Part shown: positions 62,980 to 64,000 of the stretch, piece after piece
Layout: the number at the start of each line of letters is the position of its first letter
Numbering within the stretch: position 1 is the first letter of the stretch
Assembly (NCBI GenBank): GCA_013265495.1
Contig: MU057560.1
Location: 124,001 to 188,000 of the forward strand
DNA from: Vicugna vicugna
Taxonomy: Eukaryota
DNA length: 64,000 nt
Direction: 5' to 3'
The notes under the pieces: generated by a model
Told to the model about the DNA's origin: nothing
Databases searched by the model: none
Seen by the model: only the letters and a program-made list of their open reading frames with translations
Position numbers and translations under genes: made by a program

Positions 62980-64000
62980 ACATCTGAACAAATAATAAGA
63001 CAAGAAAAATAGATGTGAATAAAAGTAATTAAAAAGAAAGAGAAAATAGATTATTGTTTGCAGATAACACAATTATGTATATAGAAAACCCAGGACAATA
63101 AATGAAAGTATTAATAGAACCGATAAGTTTCAGCAATTTTGGCCTGATGTAACATCATCATACAAAATTCATAAGCGTCCCTCTTAATGGTGATAATAGG
63201 CCAGGAAATGCAGTATTAAACATCAGCCCAGGCACAAGAGCAGCAAAATATATGAAATATCTAAGGACTAGCAAATAATGCACAAGATCTCAAAAGAATA
63301 TTCAAGACAACATAGGATAAAAGCACAAGAAAACTATTTGCACGTAGAAGACCATATAACATTATAAAGATGTAAACAATTCCCAAATTAACATCTAAAT
63401 TCAATGTAATATCTTTCAAAATCCCAGCAGGATATAGAGGAATTGGATGAGCTGATTCCAAGATGTAAATAGTAGGACAAGTAGCTTGGAAAAAAAAAAT
63501 CAAAAGTAAGGAAAGCATCCAGCCAATTATTAAGAAGCAGCACAAGGTCTCAGTTCAACACACATAAGCAAACAGACGATCAATGGCATCGTTTTGTGGA
63601 AGGACAGATCAACAGAGCAAAACACGCCACAAAGCAGGATATGATACGTGTGGCATCAGACATGACTATGAAAGCAATCAGCTATTTAGTAAAACGGTGT
63701 TTCGCAAACTGGTTTGAGACATGGAATAACATAAAGTTATGTTCCTTCTTTATATCTTTTGTTAACTCCAAGTAAATAAGTGCTTAAATTGAAAGGGAAA
63801 ATTAAAAACAAAAAACAAATAAAAGAAAGTCAAGGATTCTATGTTTTTATAATCTCAGGATAAAGAAGAGCCTCTTAAACTAAAAGTGAAGTACATTAAT
63901 CTTTGGGCGGGTATGATGTACGGACACGAGTGCACAAAAAGTAATAAAAGATAAGACAAAGTTAACTGACTGGGGAAGAATACGTTTCTCTTGCCTGAAC
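62980..64000 (+). mobile_element. Old L1 ORF2 (RT C-terminal region) remnant running off the window
   Basis: 'ttgtttgcagataacacaattatgtatatagaaaaccca' reads LFADNTIMYIENP, a degraded LFADDMIVYLENP. Downstream 'aaattcaatgtaat..tcaaaatcccagcagg' also fits L1 ORF2. Confidence 0.88.

Noticed and set aside
1..64000. CRISPR array, operon or other prokaryotic or viral system
   Set aside because: No regularly spaced repeat-spacer array, no dense ORFs and no ERV internal genes. The composition and repeats are those of mammalian non-coding DNA.

Overview
This is eutherian mammalian nuclear DNA, most likely from a camelid (camel, llama or alpaca). That call rests on two tRNA-Ala(AGC)-derived SINEs of the camelid Vic-1 type. 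I found no protein-coding gene. The only ORF-track entries I recognise are degraded LINE-1 ORF2 pieces; the rest look like chance ORFs. The window reads as intergenic or deep-intronic sequence densely layered with old repeats: L1, HAL1, L2, MIR, CR1/L3, MaLR MLT1 and ERVL MLT2 solo LTRs, and MER53, MER58A, MER63 and MER5-like DNA transposon relics. It also holds a few younger L1 tails and SINEs with target-site duplications. Repeat-poor blocks rich in transcription-factor motifs lie between them and may be enhancers. The most notable items are a MER53 fold-back carrying a miR-1302-like core just downstream of a SINE with Pol III boxes, an orphan CpG-rich island, several candidate enhancer blocks, and minus-strand splice signals that could mark a lncRNA. 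Repeat names and subfamilies come from my recollection of consensus sequences and boundaries are approximate. I found no convincing evidence of a novel biological system.
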